From the NCBI GenBank assembly GCA_944345705.1, contig CALVML010000004.1:16965-80964 (forward strand): a DNA stretch of 64,000 nt. The letters are read 5' to 3'. The DNA comes from an uncultured Clostridia bacterium. Lineage in GTDB: Bacteria; Bacillota; Clostridia; Christensenellales; UBA1242. How positions within the stretch are numbered: the first letter of the stretch is position 1; each line of letters starts with the position of its first letter. The notes beneath the pieces are model-generated. The model saw only the letters and a program-made list of their open reading frames with translations. It did not search any database and was not told the DNA's origin. Shown here one piece after another: positions 19,809 through 28,800 of the stretch. The position numbers and the translations under genes were made by a program.

Positions 19809-22800
19809 ATGACAAAATCTAAAATATTTTCAATTTTAGCTCTTGGACTTATGCTTGTTTTGGCAGGCATTCTTTTTGTTGCTTGCGGTAGTAATGGTTA
19901 TAAAAATGTAACTGTTACAAGTGATCGTGATAGCATAACTTTGTTTGTAAATCAATCTGACGATTCTAGTAGTGAAGATGACGAAGGCGCTACAACAATC
20001 ATTTCTGAACTCGTTACTTTTACAATCAATAATCCTGTTGGTAATATGGACAAATCACTCCGCATTACTGTTTCTAATCCTAGCATTTGTCAAGTCAATC
20101 TATACAGTAGACAAAACAACTCCTCAACCTATGAAATCATAGGCTTGAAGGGTGGCACTACTCAGATTGAAGCAAAAACTCTAGAAGGTAACAAATCTTG
20201 TACAATTACTATCAATGTAAGGCAATATTCTAATAATCTATCACAAAACTCAAACTCGCTCTACGTTTCTCCGTCAAGTGCATTGATTCCAAATGCTTCT
20301 GATTTCATCTTTGACGACAGCGCAACTGAGAGAGATTTAGATTTCTATTTCTATGGCTCTACTTATGACGGCTACATTCTTACTGAAACAGATTTAATGG
20401 CTAACGGTGAATTTATCAATCAATTTACTCAAGCTAATTTAATCACTGTCAATGGCAATTATTATATAATTTTCCAAGATGAAAACGGCGCATTATTTAC
20501 ACTCTATGATAGAGAAGAAATAATAATTGACGATGAAAGATCAAACTTTGTCTATCAATTTATGCCTGTGACTTATGAAAACGGCGAGTATTCATTTGAT
20601 TTGGAATCTGCAATAGCTGTGCAACCTGGAGATTCATTCAAGTTTGGTGCAGTTTATCAAAAGAGTGAATCAGAAAGGCTTGTTTGTGCAAGAGATTTTT
20701 ATGTACTTATAGATATAGATTACCAAAGCGTTGCACATGAATATGGCTATAGAATAATGGAATATACCTATGACATTGGTACAGATGTTTCATACAAACT
20801 TGATGAACAAAAGAATGGTGATATTACCTTTATTCCTTCTTATTCAATTGTTATTGAAGATAATCCTTTACTATTTGGATACACAGCAAGTTTTGCAACT
20901 ATATATCTAAAAGTTTCAATCAACTCAACAAGTGATCTTATCAAAGAAAACTTCTATCTTTCTGATGCCAGCCTCGAATATGCAAACTGCACAAAACTTG
21001 GCTCGCTTGTTGAAGATGGAGTCACAACATATTTTTATGAAATAAATTGCTCTACAAATAAGAATATAACTACAGAATTCAATGTAAATTTCTATTATGA
21101 TGGCTTTGAAAATAGTCAAGACGATAATGTCAATTTTACTTATACTATTCCAATTATCGTAAGGACTGTTCCTAATACAATTTTAGTAAATAATATCGAC
21201 TTGAACTCAGTAGAAAGAGTGCATACTTTCTATAATCACTATGCTGGTTCTTCTTATGGCTGGCAAGAATTTGTTATAAGTGTTATGCCAACTGATGCAA
21301 GTTACACAAATCTTCAAATTGATTTGACAGGCTCTCAACTGCAGTTGAGATATAACGATAGAACTTATGTAGATGAACTTGTAACTATTAATGATCTTTC
21401 AAGTCCTATCTATTTAAAAGGAAAGGACGGGGCAGAGATTACAGAAGAAGATGCTCAAGAAAGTTTACAATTTGTTCTAAACTATGACGTACTCGGTCCT
21501 GAAACATGCACAGTAGATTTTGATTATGTTATTGCTCAGGGTGCAACTGCATTAAACTTTAACACAACAGAGTTTCAAGAGGGAATTTATCTTGATATCA
21601 ATGATGGTTACCTAGATTTTACCGATATCTATGCTGATGCTCCATTTGAGTCATTTACAATTCAGTACTCATCTGGTGAAGATATAGCAACCTTTGATAT
21701 CAATTCACTTAATCCATATATTACATATCCAAATGAAGAGGGCAAATATTTCCTTAATTTTAGCATTAGTGCCTTTGCGCTATCAAGTCAAGGACTAAGT
21801 GGAACATATACAATAACTCTTGACAATGGTCAAAGAATCTCACTTATTATTACCTCAATTGAAGCCTTAGAGAGCATAAATGTTTCAACCTCTAATGTAA
21901 ACGCAAATGTGCAATATACTCAATATGTTGAAAATGATGGACAGCAGACGGGTGTGCTCTATTATGCTTATAATAATTTGTCAAATTCATATTTTGATAT
22001 ATCAATTGTCGCAAATGGCAATGTTAATTCGTCTGGTATTAGAAGTGTAAGTTTTGGCGACTTCTCATCTACAAGTATATCTCTTAGTGACGCTCAAAAT
22101 TCAAATAAAAACTTTAATATAAATCTTATCGCAAATGGCTCAACCGACATTCCAATTTCAATCTATGGTTATAGCGTAAGGAATTTTGCTCGTGAAGAAT
22201 ATGTTATCAATTACAATATTCATGTAGTTGTTTTTAACTATGTCAACAAGTTAAACATATATAAAGAAAAAGACGGATTTGGCACTTATAGAGATGAATC
22301 AAGTGGTGTAGAGAGTGTACGAGATTATGGCGTAAATGCTGCGTATATTGATGTCTACACAAATACCACTAAAAATGACGCTTTAACTGCAGTTTTAAAT
22401 TATAACATTGAAAACGAAAATGCTTATCTATTTTCAAACCCTATATATCTTTCAAATCCTAATAATTCCTATGAAGAGCAAAGTTTTGATCAAGGGTATT
22501 TGTACTGGACAGTCACTGATGCTTCAATAACACTCAACAATAGCCCTGTTGACTATATGTATCTAAATAGTAATGGCAACAATGTATATGTTATTACTGG
22601 AATTGGTACATTTAACACTGAAACACTTGAATTTGTTGCTTTCCAAAACAATACAAGTTCCATTCAGTTTACACTTACTGCACATGTTAGACAATTTGCA
22701 AGGACTTTCTCATTTACTATAAATGTAAGGATAAGTGTATATCAAAATGTGGAGCAAATCTCATTGCAAGAAGGAATTGATTCTCTTGAATTTTCTTCGC

Positions 22801-25800
22801 TTAATAAAGAGCATTCGCTTGTTGCCTATGCTGTTGGTGAAAATGCCACAAACAACGAACTTAAAGCATTTATAAGTGGCGGAGTAATCGTAGTAAACGG
22901 AATAAGTTATACATTATTAGACGAAAATTCTATCTCTACAATTGAGAGTGATGGCAGATATCAATTTACTTTTACTGCAAATCCTAGTTTCATTGAAGCG
23001 GCTGAAGGGTATGAAGAAGAAATCTCTGCTACAATTACAATAGTTGCGACTGACTGGCTTGATGAAGCAGATAATGTCATGCCGACATATCAAGACAGAG
23101 TTATAACTATACGTGTAAGTTATGCTAATGGTACAGAGTTAAATCGCTTTACTCTTTCATCGGCACAAGATGTACTTGCAATAAAAGATAATCTATCCGC
23201 TCATTACAAAATTGGTACAACTATAGATATTTCATCTATTAGTTCAAGCTTGCCACTTGGACAATTCAATGGTTCAATCATTGGTATAAATCAGTATGCT
23301 AAAATTACAGGTATCAATATTACCAATAATACATCGAACTATTATGGTCTATTTACAGTACTTGGACAGGATAGTTATATTGAATATATCTCTTTTGAAG
23401 GAAGCATAAACATAGGTCAATCGGGTGACACTTCTACTTATGCTGGAAATGATAGCAAGATAGGACTTCTTGCTGGTGAAAATTACGGACATCTTATAAA
23501 TGTAAATGTGACAATCAATACATCATCTGTCTATATCTATTCAGGATATGTTGGTGGTATTGTTGGAATTAATTATGGTGAAATTTTACAAGATTTAACC
23601 TTGTTCGAATCGGCAACAAGTCAAACTCGCTCACTAAACGAAAATCAATTGGCAAGTGGCGGAACAAGCATTGTTGGAAAGGGCAGAAGAATGTATGCTG
23701 ATTTCTCGCCTAACATCCCTGCTTATTATAACGGATATTTGACTGTCAACTATGTATCAACAACTGTAGCACAAGGTGGATACAATACTTATGTTGGTGG
23801 ACTAGTTGGCATGAATGGTACAACAACTATAAGCGCAGACGACAGTCAAGTTACATTTATAGGCTCAATCAAAAAGATTGATAGTACTGGTGCATCCGGT
23901 CTTTCTCTTACAGGCTACAGCAATTATACAGCCTATGTTCTTCTTCGTGCAAATAAGTTATCAGGCTCAGGTAGCTATCCTAATACCCTTAAAATAGGCG
24001 GTCTTGCTGGTGAAAGTGTTGTATCAGCTGGTGAAAATGCGAATAATATTGTTGCAGGCTACAATACAAGTACAACTCAAGGTCAATCTGCAACCGTAAC
24101 TTTTAACAAGTATTCAAATTATAAGTATTCAGACTCCTCAGGCATTTCTACTGGTAATTTTACAGCTGGCAATGGTATAATCGTTGGTGGCAAGATTGAA
24201 GGTTATGATTATGTTGGCGGTGTAGTTGGATATATAGGAAGTATAGACAACAACACAAATTTCATAGGAATAACTTCTCGTGCATTCGTTAAAGGTCTTG
24301 CAGTTTCAAATGATTATACAAGAACTGCAATCATTGCAAACATCAATGCATTAGGTACGAATATATATTTATCATCAGCTTATGCTATTCAAGCAGTTGA
24401 TGATGGTGGTTATGGTGCAGACGCATCAATGATGGTGATTCAAAGTACAGACAAAGTCGCTGATTATTATGAAGATCCTTCGGATATTGACAATAGCGAG
24501 ATAGATGCCGATAAATTAGCCTTTGGAACTTTGCTATCGACTAACATATCTGATATAATGTATCGTCATGATGATGAGTTGAATGCAGGTATAGACAGTG
24601 ACGCTAGTTATACCAATGTCTGTTCTTTTGTAACTTCAAGAAATAAGATTTTTATAGAAAATTCATCAACTATTTCGACTACATCAAGGGCTCAATATTA
24701 TGGCGACTATATTGTTGCAAGTGATAATGATACTCAACTTATAGATCAAACATATTTTGCAGAAGGCGATGAAAGTGTAATGTCGGTTAGCGGGGCATTT
24801 AACAATAAAATGATCAGCGGAGATAGTTCACAAAAAGAAATATATTATATGTTCTATTTCCAAACTGCAAGCACAGATATCACTCAAGATGATGACGCAC
24901 AGTCACTACTAGATTCATATATTAATAGATACAATGTTTCAAGTATACTTTATCCTTTGATAATAAATGGAGAATTGACATTCACATCTCGCAACACTGA
25001 TATATTGACTATTGACGCACAGGGCAATATGACTGCTAGGGCAAGCGGACTTGTGCAGGTTGTTGGAACTAGTGTGCTTAATCGCAACAATGCGGTTGAA
25101 TTCTATATCTATGTGACAAACTATTTCAACCCTGATCAGCCAAGCTTTACAAATAGTGATAGTGAAAATTACGAAAATGTGTCTATTATATATCCAAGTG
25201 GTTCTACTTCTGGTACACCTATAGATGACACAGTTATCAATTTACGCGGAAACAACAGTGCAAACCTTGTTGTTCAGCCTTATTATTCATTAAATCTTTC
25301 TGTGGCTACAAATAGTCAAGTTTCATCATTTAATGTGGCTTCTGATGGATCAGTTAGTTTTATGAATAAGAGTTTTAATATTTCAAACAACAGCAATGTT
25401 TCAGCAGTTATTACACGAGCAACTCGCGCTGGTGCTAACGAAAATGAAATTATAGAAGCACTTGATGAACTCCACATCTCTTATGTCGGACAAAATATTT
25501 CTATTAGAAAAAACGATAAGACCGAAAGCACTATATATTCTTTGACGATTGTACCAAGATTGCAGGTGCAAGTTGAAGAAAATGGCTCAAATATATCATA
25601 TTATTCTAGTGTAAACAAGACAATTACAGATACAACCTTACAATACAACAAGGGTGCGTCAAGCATCAATCATGTACAATATGAAGAAGTGACTCTCTTC
25701 TCATCAAGAGAGATAAGTGAAACAATAGAAATTATTTCCGATGTTAAAGAGGAAAATCCTTATTACTATATTACTGACAGCAACGGAAACATTTTGCAGG

Positions 25801-28800
25801 GAAGTCGAGAACTCGACGAGATGTTTGAGCAGGAATTTGCTATGGATGCAGGTAATGGCGTTCTAGCATCAATGCTCTTTAGCGTTACATTTACAAACAT
25901 CACTGGTACAGTAGATTTGACTAAAGCTCAAAGCTTCTCACTTTCTGTAGCAATCAACAAAAACTCAGACTTATATAAGGATAGATATAATCAAGATATA
26001 TATGGTGATTATACAATATATATTTTAGCATCTTCCAACACCGAAAAATTCACATCATTTACAATTCACTTTGAACAGACAGGCATAACTTCAATAATTG
26101 TAGATAATTATTCAAATCTCAATGACGCTATTTCAAGCACAGGTATTGGTGCTACAAGTGAGTACGCATATCCTGGACAAACAGGCTTTATTGCAATCAC
26201 AATTAATCCTGACGATGCTGACTTTGACTATATTGTTATTGAGAATGATGCTCAAAATTATCAAACTGGAAATTCAAGTGCAACTTTTGGCTTACTTGCT
26301 AGAAAAAGTACATCTGATGGTGGATCAGAGATATTCGAAGATGATAGAATTATAGGTCAAACTACAGATACAGGGCTTATTGTCAATCTTGAGGATATCG
26401 TAAATTATTATGGCGAAACTGATCCTAAAACTTCAAACAATAATTACTATATTTATAATGGTGTTATCTATGTTAAGTATGATTTTGGCTCGCTAAATGT
26501 CAATGACGAAAGCGTTTCTTATATAAACATCTCGCTCTTTAAAGACGGACAACAAGTTTATGAAACAATAAGAAAACCTGTAACAATCAAACTTCAATAT
26601 TATGTTGCTGTAGATATAGTAGGCAAAGAGCCACTTTCGGCAAATGATAGTGCATATTATGCTTCATATCAGGTTGCAAGGGGACTTCGCTATGAACTAG
26701 CAGTGAATTCCTATGGTTTTAGTGCTGAGAATATAAATATAAGCCTATCAAATGAAAATCTCGGCTCAATTATACAAGAAAATGGAAGATATTATCTGCA
26801 GATTACAAATCAAAGCATTGACTACTCGCAAGCAGGAAATAATGTTTTGAATATAACTGCAAATGCATCTCAAGCAGATGGTGAAAATATAAGATCGGCA
26901 AGTAGTACGACGCACATTGAAATACTTGAGTTTGTATTTAACTACAATAAGGACACTTCATCTGAAACCGAAGATCTTGTCAGTGGTATGGGTGATGGAA
27001 TTATAAATGTGCAGGTTGGAACTCAGACAACATTTGCGATTGATATGTACGATTATATCGAATACGACTCAACCAGCCTTGATATCGTCAATAGAATTAA
27101 TAATTTCTTTAGCGAATTAACATCGAGCGGTGAGTGGAAGGCTCATACTAATCTTATCAATGATACACTGCCAGACTATGGTCAGGCTGTTGAAAATATG
27201 AATGGTAGAGAGCAGTATATATTAGCAAACGGTGTACAATTAGAAACATACTATTTTAATTCTAATGGATTAAATGTCACACCTGTAAGAACTCATGACA
27301 GTAGTGATTTATTCTATTTCTTTACTTATACTGGAGGCTATGAGATCCAAAATGGTCTTTATGTAGCAACAAAAGATGCAGATGCTCTTCCTATTAAAAC
27401 TAGATTTGTACTTAATGTATATTCTTCAAGCAGTGAAGATAGTCCACTTCCTATATATGATTATGAAGACTTTATCAATATGCAACAAGGTCAGTACTAT
27501 ATTCTATTAAACGATATTGTATTGCCAAATGCAGATAATGAAAGTACGGGTGTGACTCGCTTCACTCCACTTACTGGAAACTTTGCATCGCTTGATGGCA
27601 ATGGTCATACTGTCATCTTCTCAGGCACCTATGATATGGGCTCTCTAAGTTCGATCGGTGTTTTCTCAAGCCTTGCGCTTGATAGCCAAATCAAAAACTT
27701 AAATGTTCGATTTGCTTTTGCGTCTAATGGCTCCGATATGAATGATAGTGAAACAGACGATGGTTATCAGCTAGGAGGACTGCGAACTGTTAAATTTATT
27801 ACAACCGCATCGTCATTCAGTTTTGCAGGACTTGTTGTGCAAAACAATGGTATAATCACCAACTGCCATGTTCAAACTGAGTCAAATTACACCTCAGAAT
27901 TATACATTGCAGTCATAGCAGATAATGCCTCAACAGGCTCTTATGTAACAGGCTTTGTTGCGCAGAATAGCGGATATATAACAAATAGCAGTGTGCGTGT
28001 AAATATCAAATCTCCATTTAGAATTGGTGGGTTTGTAGGTACAAACACTGGCAAGATTGCAGCATGTTACTTTAGAGAAGGCAAGATTATCAACAACTCA
28101 AATCAAAATCAATATGCAGCAGGTTTTGCGTATTCAAATGGCGAAAATGGACAGATTATTACAAGCTATGTTTCAGGCATGACAAGTTCATCAAGTTTAT
28201 ATTCACTTGATAGAAATAGCTATGTCAGTGCAAACGAAAGAGGCGCGGGCTTTATCTATCAAAACTTGGGCTATATTAGTGATTGCTACACAGATATATA
28301 TCTTGCTGTTACACCAAATATGGCTGGCTTTGTATATGCTAATGGCGGACAAATCAAAAATTCTTTCTCACTCTCTGTCCTAAGCAATCTAAACTCTGCA
28401 GCTGCTGGTTTTGCCTTTGAAACAACTGTAACTACAGGCACCGATGAAGGTAGTTCAGGTGTATATACTGGCGAATTCTCAAATTGCTACTATTTCTATA
28501 ACGAACAACAAGGAACAATAGGAAATAACACTGTAGAAATTGCTGATAACGGATTCCTTACTAATACTGAAGATATTAACACATCATTGCAAGAGCGTAA
28601 TTTTGAGGGTGTATCAAAATTAAATGCTGGTCAATTCTATAATGTAGATGAAAATTTTGCAGATTTTGCCTACTCATCAACTGCAAATGCGAGTGCTGTT
28701 TGGTTCTTCAGTAGCGGAAATGCAAATTCTAATTTTGTTGATTATACTCCTACTACCGAAACTACCATTGTAGGTGGCGAGAATGGTCAAAATCAAGTTA